Part shown: in pieces, positions 47,894-57,429 of the stretch
Position numbering within the stretch: the first letter of the stretch is position 1
Layout: each line of letters opens with the position of its first letter
Assembly (NCBI GenBank): GCA_965248925.1
Contig: CBDFLE010000005.1
Coordinates: forward strand, 224,001-288,000
Length of the DNA stretch: 64,000 bases
Direction of reading: 5' to 3'
DNA from: Candidatus Multivoradales bacterium
GTDB lineage: Bacteria > Acidobacteriota > Thermoanaerobaculia > Multivoradales > J023
The notes under the pieces: model-generated
Database searches by the model: none
What the model saw: only the letters and a program-made list of their open reading frames with translations
What the model was told of the DNA's origin: nothing
Program-made: the position numbers and the translations under genes

Positions 47894-48619
47894 CTAATAA
47901 GCCCTGCGCCGCTTCAGCGAGACCCAGCGCCCAGTCTTGCCGAGAATGATGTGATCGACCAAGGTTATTCCCAATAGCTCACCTCCCCTGGCCAACTCGT
48001 GAGTGAACAGCAGATCGTGATCGCTGGGCGAAAGGTCGCCGCTGGGGTGGGTGTGATACGCGATCAAGGAGGCGGCATTGTGCTGTATCGCGGCACGCAG
48101 GATCGGCCCCGGCGCGGCGGCTGTTTGGCGCGCTGTGCCGCGAAAGATCTCGCACTTGGCGATCAGTCTGTGTCTCATATCGAGCAGTAGCACACCAAGA
48201 ACCTCTTGCTCGTAGTTGCTATCCAAGGCCAGGAACTCAGCGACTACCGCGGGCTGGTCGAGCAGCCGGCGATGGCTGATCTTGGCTGCCGCCAGCCGCC
48301 GCATCAGCTCTCCCGCCGCCATCAGAACAGCCGCTCGCCCCGCGCTGGCACCGCTGCGCACCAATGCCACTCGCTCGGCGCAGAACAGCTCCCAGAGCCC
48401 GCCAATGGTTGGCAGCAGGCCAACTGCCACATCCTCCACCGAGGGGTAACGCAGCAGCACCGCTATTAGCTCGGTATCCGTCAACCCAGCCGCCCCGTGC
48501 CGCAGCAGCCGATCCTTGGGCTTCAATCCACTCGTCGACCGCTGAGCGGACTGGTCAGCTGCGGCGCCGGCCATCCCGCCCGTGCTCATGGCACAAGGAA
48601 ATATTGCCAAGCCGTTCAA
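47894..48619 (-). CDS. radC: RadC family JAB/MPN domain protein (alternative ATG at 48589)
   Basis: P..RL...G...L.D.ELIA.LL N-terminus; QEVL, HTHPSGD..PS..D, DHII.G. Confidence 0.88.
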   Translation of the reverse strand: MNGLAIFPCAMSTGGMAGAAADQSAQRSTSGLKPKDRLLRHGAAGLTDTELIAVLLRYPSVEDVAVGLLPTIGGLWELFCAERVALVRSGASAGRAAVLMAAGELMRRLAAAKISHRRLLDQPAVVAEFLALDSNYEQEVLGVLLLDMRHRLIAKCEIFRGTARQTAAAPGPILRAAIQHNAASLIAYHTHPSGDLSPSDHDLLFTHELARGGELLGITLVDHIILGKTGRWVSLKRRRAY

Positions 48620-49608
48620 GGCGTCTCCTCGGACCGCGTGCCCTGGTCGGACAAGGCGGCCAGGCTTTCGACCCCTCGGGCCAGTAACAGATGGCCTTCC
48701 CTGAGCTTCTCGCGAGTTGCCGGCAGAATCAGGGTGAGACTAAGGCCGCGCAGGTTGACATCGAGGTCGACGCTCAAGTTCCGCGCCATCTTCAGCATTG
48801 TCTTCAAGAAATCCTGCGCTGCCTGCTGATCGTCAAATTGCAGTGAGCAAACAAACGTTGCTGAGTCGCCCTCCTGCCGCCAATGAGAAAGATCTTTCAT
48901 GCCGAGTTGAATGCGCTCTGGTTTCATTGTTGAGTCCTGCCTACAAGCGGTTGAAAAAGGACCCGGTTCGGGGGCCATGGTAGCAACCCCCGAACCGGGT
49001 TTGAAGGGCGCAGCGCCGCGGGGTGCGGCGCAATCGCCAAGGCTCGCAACGCCTGTGCAGTCGCTCAGGGCGCTGGTTGAAATGGGTTCTTGGGGTGCGC
49101 GGGCAAAGAGCAGCAACTCGGTAATCAGATCCCGCACGCTGACCAGTAGTTCGGCGGGCGCTGAGCCGTCGCAAGCATTCAGCATCAGCCGCCAGGTTTT
49201 GATCAGCTGGGCGACGGCACCGAGGGAGGTTTGCCGCCGCAGGTCGTGCTCACGGGTCACCAACCACACTTCCGGTCCGGTCTTACGGTGCCAGTTGGGC
49301 AGACATTGGCTATCGGCGGCGTGGGTATCCCACTGCTCCCACAAATCCGCATCCGACGCGGCCATGTAGCCCAGCAGGGCATCGCTGTCTTGGCGTAGAT
49401 CGGCGATCAGGTTGCCCCATCTGCCCAGTGGGTAGAACTGCGGCGCCGGGTCTTCGTCGCCTTGCCAGCGGGCACCGGCTGGGATCGGCGCCAGCAGGGC
49501 GCTGGGCCAGGATTCCATCAATGCCCGTTCGGCGAGGATCTGGTGCTCGGCGGCCAGCAGGCCGGCGCGGCGCAGATCCGCCAGTTGAATGGGGGATTGG
49601 TGGATCAC
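48616..49608 (-). CDS. Hypothetical ORF; the last 104 codons (48616-48927) may be a separate PCD-fold-like gene
   Basis: GTGA coupling upstream; internal AGGA plus ATG at 48927 (MKPERIQ...W...F.D...A..F). Confidence 0.5.
   Translation of the reverse strand: MIHQSPIQLADLRRAGLLAAEHQILAERALMESWPSALLAPIPAGARWQGDEDPAPQFYPLGRWGNLIADLRQDSDALLGYMAASDADLWEQWDTHAADSQCLPNWHRKTGPEVWLVTREHDLRRQTSLGAVAQLIKTWRLMLNACDGSAPAELLVSVRDLITELLLFARAPQEPISTSALSDCTGVASLGDCAAPRGAAPFKPGSGVATMAPEPGPFSTACRQDSTMKPERIQLGMKDLSHWRQEGDSATFVCSLQFDDQQAAQDFLKTMLKMARNLSVDLDVNLRGLSLTLILPATREKLREGHLLLARGVESLAALSDQGTRSEETP
48955..49000 (-). terminator. Strong hairpin with U-tract (terminator or attenuator) inside the ORF
   Basis: 14-bp perfect stem ACCCGGTTCGGGGG/CCCCCGAACCGGGT, followed on the minus strand by CCTTTTT. 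Confidence 0.6.
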
Positions 49609-49964
49609 GACGATTCTCCATCGCCGCCCGGCGGAACGGCTGCTGCCGCCTGGCTGGCCGGTCCCCGGCCATGGATAGTATTCCCCCCGGTCTTCCGCGC
49701 CGAGTCGCGCAGTAGCTCGGCCACGGCGTCGAGCACGGCCATGGAATACCCCAGAACCTGGAACTGAGCAGCGACTCTGGGAGTGCCGTCGGAGTTGGTG
49801 GCTTCGCCATCTAGTAGTTGGCGGTTGTTCTTCAAAGCGGAGCCGAGCAATTTGCCGAGTCGCTGGTGTTCTTTCTTGACCCTGAAACTAGCTTCTAGCA
49901 GGTCGCGCCAGAAGGTGTCTTCGAAGGATGGGGCATCGCGCTCGGGTTTTGTTTCGTCGGACAT
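49605..49964 (-). CDS. Hypothetical protein, first gene of the RadC operon
   Basis: SD GAGGAGG, ATG at 49964; stop overlaps next start. Confidence 0.65.
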   Translation of the reverse strand: MSDETKPERDAPSFEDTFWRDLLEASFRVKKEHQRLGKLLGSALKNNRQLLDGEATNSDGTPRVAAQFQVLGYSMAVLDAVAELLRDSARKTGGNTIHGRGPASQAAAAVPPGGDGESS

Positions 49965-50201
49965 GGTGGCCTCCTCTTGACCTGCGTTGTGGTCGGAAGC
50001 TTCGGCGAATCGTGAGAACAGAGGCAAGAGGAACGGTCTAAGTCGCGATTCTGGCCAAGAAAAGGAGCTGCGAACGCCATCAGCAGGGGCGATATCGACC
50101 CATTCGGCCAACCGTTGGCCGGGCGAACGGTGATGGTGGTGAGAGAAGAATCGAACGTCTATACTTCTGCACGTTCTGAAATAACCGGGGAGGAAGAAAC
50201 C

Positions 50202-51671
50202 GTGAGGCAGAAGAATTCCACTTCTGAGCTTATTTACCGCCAGCTAGAGCGGGTCCTGAAGAGAAATCGTGGCCGCGTCCAACAAGTACAGACGAAGCTC
50301 AAGATGGGCGAGGGCGGGCGACTCACCAGGATGATGAAGAGCAAGCGAGGCATGCCCCTCGATACTCTAGGAGAGGTACTCATCGAATTTGGCGAGCTGC
50401 CGGAGGACTTTTTCCGCGAGGCCTTTGGCCTGCAACGACCGCCACCGCCAGAGCCGCCCGCCGTCGGTTCTGGCCGCTGGCTACTCGAAGTCTTGCATCT
50501 GGACCAACAGCAGGAGCCGCCATTAATCCAACAGCTGCGCGAGGTTGCTGAGAGCTTGCCCAGCACGGAACCGAAGGACTCGCCGCCAGCCAGTCCCGCG
50601 GTTAGCCGGATCACGCGCGAGATGCTATTCGCCGAGATGTCGACTGGCTCGCTCGCACAGCGTTACGGGTACCTCGAACACGATTTTTGCCAACGCAGCA
50701 ATTTTGTCCACCTGGCGGCCGAGGTGCTGGATGATTTGCGCTACTCCAAGCCCCAAGACGCCGCCTCTCTGGCACACAATATGGCGGTATCCGTTTGCCC
50801 AGAGCTGCTCGCCACTGAAGCCGGCGATGCCTTTGCCAGTAGTACCGGCGTCTTCGCTTCCGCCCGGCGGCTCGCTGGCTCGATAGAGACAGCAGCTCAC
50901 GCGCTGGCGTTGGTCTGTGACACTGCCTCGCCAGCTGTGCGCGGCGACCTTTTGCAGCGGATGTCAACCCTACTCCAGTCGTACGCTCGATATCCTGAAA
51001 CTCTGAGTGTCAACGCCGAAGCGCTGCGTATCTTCCAAGAACAAGCAACTCCCCACAAGCTAGGTCAGGCCTACATTGATCGGGGTGTCGCCTTGGTGCT
51101 GGCAGAAGATCTGGAGAAGGCCCGGTCGAACTTCCAAACGGGGGTAGCGCTGCTTTGCCCCTCCGACCATCGCAATCACGCTGCCGCTCGGCAGGGGTTC
51201 GCACATGTGGCGCTATCTCAAGAACGCCCTGTGGAAGCGCTGGAGTATCTCGCCGAGGCTGAGACGTTCATAGCCGCCAGCGACCTCTACAGTCATGGCA
51301 CCATGAGCTGGTTTCGTGGCGCGATCCAGCACAAGCTGGGCAATCTTGTCTCAGCTGAGGCCCTCTTACGTGAGGCGCAGGAGCTACTCTGGCCGCTCAA
51401 CGTCTTCGACTGGTCACTGGTAACCCTCGACCTGCTATCCGTATTGCTGGAGCGCGGCCAGGTAGCGGCCGCCCACGAGGCTGCAAATCATGTAGGTCGC
51501 CTGCTGGAGCCACGCACGAGCAACCGCATAGCCGCCGCGGCATTGCACCAGCTGAGCATCGTCCAGCACTCCGCCGAGGGCCTGACAATCGTAGCGATCG
51601 AAACCGCCCGGACCGGACTCCGGCGGGGCCAGCGTTTGGGTCTGACGCCCTGTGGAGCGCGGTCCGTTTGA
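50202..51671 (+). CDS. N-terminal XRE-like HTH plus TPR-like repeat protein
   Basis: SD GGAGG, GTG; HTH-like segment (LKMGEGGRLTRMM.....MPLDTL..VL...G..PEDFF); helical repeats (GQAYIDRG, EALEYL.EA, AEALLREA). Confidence 0.65.
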   Translation: MRQKNSTSELIYRQLERVLKRNRGRVQQVQTKLKMGEGGRLTRMMKSKRGMPLDTLGEVLIEFGELPEDFFREAFGLQRPPPPEPPAVGSGRWLLEVLHLDQQQEPPLIQQLREVAESLPSTEPKDSPPASPAVSRITREMLFAEMSTGSLAQRYGYLEHDFCQRSNFVHLAAEVLDDLRYSKPQDAASLAHNMAVSVCPELLATEAGDAFASSTGVFASARRLAGSIETAAHALALVCDTASPAVRGDLLQRMSTLLQSYARYPETLSVNAEALRIFQEQATPHKLGQAYIDRGVALVLAEDLEKARSNFQTGVALLCPSDHRNHAAARQGFAHVALSQERPVEALEYLAEAETFIAASDLYSHGTMSWFRGAIQHKLGNLVSAEALLREAQELLWPLNVFDWSLVTLDLLSVLLERGQVAAAHEAANHVGRLLEPRTSNRIAAAALHQLSIVQHSAEGLTIVAIETARTGLRRGQRLGLTPCGARSV

Positions 51672-52234
51672 GGCGTTAACCGTTCGGGTGAATGATCATG
51701 CCGTACGGCGACTGCCCATCCAAGAGGCCTGCTATCTCTGTGCCAGTAGCACTCATCGGGTACTCCTTCCCCCACCGGAGCGCCCGGCACTCCGAGAGGT
51801 GTTGGCCACCAGCGTAGAGATGCCGGCAGCGGGTTCTTGGGCGATCCTCCCGGACTTGTTGGAAGGGGGATCGTGACCTCAGCCTACGGCAGGGCGAAGG
51901 GTCAGCCAGCCGCTGTGCAGCCGCACATCCAGAGATCAGCCGCTGGCCGTGGTCAAACGCCAGCAAGCGGCGAACCGCGAGCGAGCAAGAGATGCAGCTA
52001 CTAGAAATGTTGATCACAGAAGCATCCTTAGAAAGTGTAATCTCTGTATTTAGTGTATTCTGAGAGAAATGCCCAACCATAGGATGAGCCCCTGGTTGCG
52101 AACCAGAGAGCCAGCGCAGTCGCCAATCGGCGAATCTTGAGAGGACAGGTATGGCAGAGAAAGGCACAGAAACTGAGAAGGGAAGCTAGTTAGAAATCTG
52201 AGAGTGGAGCCAAACCAGCAAGGGGAATATCCAG

Positions 52235-55200
52235 ATGCAGCTCAGAAGTCCGATCTTGAATATCGCTATCGCCCTCATCGCTTTCAACGCCCACGCCGCC
52301 CAAGCCGGCACCGCCTGCAGCGGCGTCCTCACTTACCTCGAACAAGGATTCTTCGCTGACCAACCCTCGAACTGCTCCACCGGCGCCCGCTGCTACACGC
52401 CGGTCATCTCCGGCGCCACCTTCACCCCCGAGGCTGGCTGCGACCCGGCGATCGAATCCTGCGCCATCACCATCGAAGTGCCGATCGACTTTTCCGGCAA
52501 CCACCAAAACGACCCCAGCGCGTCGGGCTTCCTCTACAGCTTCGCCACCGTCACGGTGACCCCCAGCGGCGGTGGCACCCTGGGCACCTGCGGTCTCTCG
52601 GGCGCGGTGATCGAGGAAGATCACGGCACCTTAAGCTGGGGCATCACCAGCTCGTGCAGCGACCTGATGGCCAGCTACACGATCACCGCCACCGCCTGCC
52701 CCTGCGTCGGCTTCTTGTGCCCCCATTGCCCGAAAGAAACGACCCGCGTCGTCGACTTCAGCCTGTCGCCCCTCTGCCCACCCCCACCCCCGCCCAGCGG
52801 CTGCCCGGAAGATGAATCGTGCCCCTCGTGCGTCGGTGGTGGCAGCGGAATAGGCGGCAGCGCCGGTGGTGGAGGCGGCGGCGCCTCGCCGCCGCAGAGC
52901 GGCCCCGGCGCCCTACTGCGCTACCACGCTGGCGGCGTCGGCCACCCGACCTACCCCGGCTCGGCCGGCATCACTGCGGAGCTGGGGCGCTATTGGGCCC
53001 ACGACTACGCCGAAAGAATCGCTCGCGACCCCGATGACAGCAACGTCTGGCTGCTCACTCGCTACGCCACCTTCCGCCGCTTTACCGGCCTAAACATGGA
53101 CGGGGACTACGACCGCACCATTCCCAGCGACGAATACCGCACTCTGACCAAGACCCCGACCGGCTGGACCCTGCTCGATCTAGACGGCACCCTGATGCAA
53201 TTCGACGACACCGGCCTATGGTCCTCGACCACCGACCGCAACGGCAACGCCAAGACCGCCACCCGCGATGGCACCGGCCGGCTGACCGCCGTCAGTTTCC
53301 CCGATGGCCGCTCGGAGACCTTCACCTACTCGGCGGGCGGCAGGCTGGACTCGATTACAGAAGTCGGCAGCGACGGAATCACCAGCCGCACCTGGGGTTA
53401 CACCTTCACCGGTCAAGACCTCACCCGCATCGACCGACCCGACGGCACCGCCTGGGTTTTCCTCTACGATGACCCAACCTTGCCGGGCTACATGACCCGA
53501 ATGAGTCTGGCGGGTATAGACGCTAGCGAGCGGATCGCGGGCTCCTGGGCCTATGATCCCTTCGGCAATGTAGTGCAAATGTGGAAAGGCGCAGCCAACT
53601 TCAACGATGCCGGCGCCGTCGATCGCTGGTCGATGAGCTTCGACGATCCCCAGCTGCCGATGGTCACCACGGTGACTGACCCAATGGGTGAGATCTCCAC
53701 CTACACCTTGGGCCGCGACTCCGAGAGCCGCAAGCCTCGTCTGGAGCAGCTCGAAGGCTCTTGCCCGAGCTGCGGCACCGGCCCCAACAGCCGGCTGTTC
53801 TATGAAGATCCGGCCCACCCCCTGCGCCCCACTCGCCAGATCGACGGCGGCGGCACCACGACGCTCACCACCTACGACGCCAACGGCCAAGCAATCTCCC
53901 GTGTCGAAGCTCTAGGCACGGCGGAGGAGCGCGAGACCACTTGGCAGCGCGACCTCACCTACCCGGCCCTGATAACCGAGATCGAGCGCCCCTCGACCAC
54001 TGGCAGCCCTCTCGATTTCCGCCGTACCACCTTCACCCTCAGTGGCCGAGGCAACGCCACCGACCGCATCGACGAAGGGGTAGAAGACGGCCAAGCCTTC
54101 AGCTACACCACCACGACCACCTACACCGCCGAGGGCCAGCCAGAAGATCGCGATCAACCCGGCTATGGCACCGCCGATGTCACCACCAGCGCCTGGGACG
54201 CTGCCCGTGGCGGCCTGGTGCTGGCCAGCCGCACCGATCCGCTGATCGGCAGCACCCTGTTCGGCTATGACCCATTCAACCGCCGAACTTCAGTCACCGA
54301 CCCCAACGGCGTAGCCAGCGAAACGCAGTACGACCCGCTCAATCGCGTTCTGTTCAGCCTCCAGAAAGGTGCGGTACCGGCCGAGGATTTGATCACCGAG
54401 CAGCGCTACACGGTCTTTGGCGACCTCTTCCAAACCGTACTGCCGCGCGGCAACGTGCTGGAGTATGCCTACGACCCCACAGGCCGCTTAGTGTCCATCG
54501 AACGCAAGCCCGATGACTTGCCGGGGAGCCACATCGAGCGCACCTTCTACACCCTCGATGGCTTTGGCCACCGGGTGCGCGAAGAGCTGCAAAGCTGGGA
54601 CGGCGCGAGCTGGACGAGTGCGTCGACTACCGACTACCTGTACTCGACCCGCTGCCATCTCGACCAGATGATCGAAGGCGCGGGCAGCCCCGAGCAGGCG
54701 ATCACCGAGTACGCCTACAACTGCGATGGCGACCTCGAACGCTTGTGGGACGCGAACCATCCATCGGCGGGCCAGACTGCTGCAGCCAGCACGGTCTACG
54801 GCTACGATCCACTCGACCGATTGACCACGGTCAGCCAGCCATTCGGTGGTGCGGCTGGAGGGCAGGCTGTGACGACCTACGGTTTTGACGTTCAGGATCA
54901 TCTGACCGCAGTCTCTGATGCCGAAGGCACAGTCACCAGCTATCTCTACAGCGATCGAGATCTGCTGACCGGCGAGACCTCCGAGGTATCTGGCGTGACA
55001 AGCCATTTGTACAATGAGCACGGCCGACTCACCCAGACCATCGACGCTCGCAGCATTGCCACTCAGCGCACTCTCGATGAGCTAGATCGGGTCACCCTGG
55101 TCGACTACCCCGACGACACCCTCGACGTGACCTACACCTACGATGATCCGCAGGTGCCCTTCAGTCTGGGCCGACTCACCCAGATCGAACGTGATGGCCA

Positions 55201-56965
55201 GCCGATCGACTACCAATTTGATCGCTTCGGCCGCATGACTCAAGACGGCGAGCTGACCTACGCCTTCGACGCCAACGGCAACCAGAGCGAGATCCTGTAT
55301 CCTGGTGGCGTGAGGGCTATCTACACATTCGATCACGCTGACCGTCACCTGACCCTCGATGCCGAGGTGCCAGGCCAAGGCATCCAATCGATTGTCACGG
55401 GAGCCTTCTACCAACCGATTGGCCCACTGCGCCAGCTGACGCGCGGCAATGGTGTCACCGAAAGCCGCCAGCACGATAGCCGTTACCGGCCCGCCAGCAT
55501 CACAGCGGTCGGCCCTGGCGGCACTTTGCTCGACTGGGACTACACCACCGATGGGGTCGGCAACATCACAGCCATCGGTGATCTGCTCGACCTGCTGAAC
55601 GACCGCACCTACGCCTACCAGGACTTCCAGTATGTCCTCACACAGGGCGACGGTCCGTGGGGCGCTCTGGCCTGGGACTACGACAAAATCGGTAATAGGC
55701 TCAGCGAAACCCGCGACGGCGCCACCGACATCTACCAGTACCTTGCCAACGCTGCCGCGGGCGGCAATACCGCGAAACTCGATCAGATTGCACTCGGTGC
55801 GGGTGGCAGTCGCGTCTACACCTTCGACTCAGCCGGCAACCAGACCGGCGTCGACGAGAATGGCGATCCGGTAGTGTACACCTATAATGATGCTGGGCGC
55901 CTCTCGGCACTCGACCATACTTCGGCGCAGGCTAGCTCCAGCCTACTCTATGATGGCCGCAGTTACCTTCGCATGGCAATAGGACGCGAGCGGGACTCTT
56001 CTGGAGATGCCCTGTTCTGCGATGGCTTTGAAACTGGCGACATCAGTGCCTGGGGCGATCCGGGAGCTAGCGACTGCGTCGCCCAGGCTGTGACTCAGGT
56101 CACCTACAGTTCTGGAGGTTTACTCCAGCGGCGGGTTGATGTCAGCGGCGCTGCCGAGATTCACTATTTCTCCGGACGTCCCGTGCTGCAGACTAGCGCT
56201 GGTGACCAGTCGCACCTCACCGTAGACCATCTGGGCACGCCAGTGCTGGCTTCGGGAGCCACAGGGTTGGCGATCTGGGGAGGTGGGTTCGAACCATTTG
56301 GCAATGACTACGCTGGCGCTGGAAGCCAAGGTGTTTTTCTGCGCTTGCCTGGTCAATGGCAGGATGCGGCTTGGGCAGTTGGTGAAGCTATTTTCTACAA
56401 CGCTTTTCGTTGGTATTCACCAGCAGGCGGTAGATACTCAAGGCTAGATCCGCTGGGAATCCGTAGAAACTCGGAAGCCAACGGGTTCTGGTATGCGGAT
56501 GCGCGCCCGCTTTTACTTACAGACGGTTTGGGGTTGCTGGCAGGCAAGCCCTCCTCTGCGGGAAACTCCGTTCCTTGCCCGCCTGGCTCACCGCCACCAC
56601 CCTGCGCTGGCTCGTGCAGTCCCTCGGAAATATCCGGCGCTCTCCAAACATCCCGCCGGGTGGGAAAGCAATTCTGCGACTTCAGAAATGAGCCAGTCCT
56701 TCCGCCGTGGGTCGAGCAACAGATAAGAGACGGAAAACTCTCTCAGGCCGGGAATATCGTTGGCGGACCTCGGTTCGTACCGTCAGGCGACGAATGCGTC
56801 GACTACTGTGTTTGCCAACATGAGCGCAAGCATCAGATGCAGCTACGGGAGCCTCGAGTCGAGCGCATGCTCGAAGAAAAGGTTCCGACAACTCAGATTG
56901 TAAATCTTCTAGAGTGCGAGGCATACGGCGTCGGCTCGGACTGCCTCTCGAGTCTACTTCCATGA
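52235..56965 (+). CDS. RHS/YD-repeat polymorphic toxin with Sec signal peptide and HExxH C-terminal domain
   Basis: AxA signal peptide; YD repeats; DHLGTP, FEPFG, LPGQW.D, YN.FRWY.P..GRY...DPLG, PLLLTDGLGL; tip HERKH...ECEAY. Confidence 0.92.
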   Translation: MQLRSPILNIAIALIAFNAHAAQAGTACSGVLTYLEQGFFADQPSNCSTGARCYTPVISGATFTPEAGCDPAIESCAITIEVPIDFSGNHQNDPSASGFLYSFATVTVTPSGGGTLGTCGLSGAVIEEDHGTLSWGITSSCSDLMASYTITATACPCVGFLCPHCPKETTRVVDFSLSPLCPPPPPPSGCPEDESCPSCVGGGSGIGGSAGGGGGGASPPQSGPGALLRYHAGGVGHPTYPGSAGITAELGRYWAHDYAERIARDPDDSNVWLLTRYATFRRFTGLNMDGDYDRTIPSDEYRTLTKTPTGWTLLDLDGTLMQFDDTGLWSSTTDRNGNAKTATRDGTGRLTAVSFPDGRSETFTYSAGGRLDSITEVGSDGITSRTWGYTFTGQDLTRIDRPDGTAWVFLYDDPTLPGYMTRMSLAGIDASERIAGSWAYDPFGNVVQMWKGAANFNDAGAVDRWSMSFDDPQLPMVTTVTDPMGEISTYTLGRDSESRKPRLEQLEGSCPSCGTGPNSRLFYEDPAHPLRPTRQIDGGGTTTLTTYDANGQAISRVEALGTAEERETTWQRDLTYPALITEIERPSTTGSPLDFRRTTFTLSGRGNATDRIDEGVEDGQAFSYTTTTTYTAEGQPEDRDQPGYGTADVTTSAWDAARGGLVLASRTDPLIGSTLFGYDPFNRRTSVTDPNGVASETQYDPLNRVLFSLQKGAVPAEDLITEQRYTVFGDLFQTVLPRGNVLEYAYDPTGRLVSIERKPDDLPGSHIERTFYTLDGFGHRVREELQSWDGASWTSASTTDYLYSTRCHLDQMIEGAGSPEQAITEYAYNCDGDLERLWDANHPSAGQTAAASTVYGYDPLDRLTTVSQPFGGAAGGQAVTTYGFDVQDHLTAVSDAEGTVTSYLYSDRDLLTGETSEVSGVTSHLYNEHGRLTQTIDARSIATQRTLDELDRVTLVDYPDDTLDVTYTYDDPQVPFSLGRLTQIERDGQPIDYQFDRFGRMTQDGELTYAFDANGNQSEILYPGGVRAIYTFDHADRHLTLDAEVPGQGIQSIVTGAFYQPIGPLRQLTRGNGVTESRQHDSRYRPASITAVGPGGTLLDWDYTTDGVGNITAIGDLLDLLNDRTYAYQDFQYVLTQGDGPWGALAWDYDKIGNRLSETRDGATDIYQYLANAAAGGNTAKLDQIALGAGGSRVYTFDSAGNQTGVDENGDPVVYTYNDAGRLSALDHTSAQASSSLLYDGRSYLRMAIGRERDSSGDALFCDGFETGDISAWGDPGASDCVAQAVTQVTYSSGGLLQRRVDVSGAAEIHYFSGRPVLQTSAGDQSHLTVDHLGTPVLASGATGLAIWGGGFEPFGNDYAGAGSQGVFLRLPGQWQDAAWAVGEAIFYNAFRWYSPAGGRYSRLDPLGIRRNSEANGFWYADARPLLLTDGLGLLAGKPSSAGNSVPCPPGSPPPPCAGSCSPSEISGALQTSRRVGKQFCDFRNEPVLPPWVEQQIRDGKLSQAGNIVGGPRFVPSGDECVDYCVCQHERKHQMQLREPRVERMLEEKVPTTQIVNLLECEAYGVGSDCLSSLLP

Positions 56966-57402
56966 CCACTTACCCTGATGTCGTCCCGACCAGGCTCCTA
57001 GCACTCATTCTAATTTGCATGCTGTGCTGCGGGTGCAGAAGTCTTGATTCAACACAATCTGCCCAAGCTCCAGACGGCAACGAAGAGTCGCTTGTCCTTC
57101 CTGTGTCTGTATCCCCTTTAGTAATCAGCTTGACGCCTCTCGTTGATGTTTCATTCCGTGCATCCATAGGAGGGGAAAAGCAGAGATTATTAGATCTCTC
57201 AGAGCGAGACCTGGCGACCATCTCGCGCTTGATCGCTGAAGACGCTGCGGAGATTGGTCTTGGAATGTTTGTTGAGAACTATGTGAGTAGCCTTCAGGAG
57301 AGTATAGTGGACTCTATAAACCTCGAATTTGCCGAGGACGTTGTAGAGGACGTAATAATATATGAGGTGGCCTGGGTCGAGTATTACTTAGATCCCGATT
57401 GA
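56962..57402 (+). CDS. Putative immunity lipoprotein
   Basis: ATGA overlap with the toxin stop; hydrophobic N-terminus ending LCCGC; acidic; lower GC. Confidence 0.6.
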   Translation: MTTYPDVVPTRLLALILICMLCCGCRSLDSTQSAQAPDGNEESLVLPVSVSPLVISLTPLVDVSFRASIGGEKQRLLDLSERDLATISRLIAEDAAEIGLGMFVENYVSSLQESIVDSINLEFAEDVVEDVIIYEVAWVEYYLDPD

Positions 57403-57429
57403 ATCCCCAATCGTCATTGCTGGCAACTA

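Noticed and set aside
50070-50140. Cloverleaf-like small RNA upstream of the RadC operon
   Set aside because: Stems are short with implausibly small loops; cannot be supported without covariance analysis.
51676-52167. Signalling peptide gene downstream of the HTH-TPR protein
   Set aside because: No small ORF with a convincing SD and signal peptide could be identified by eye.
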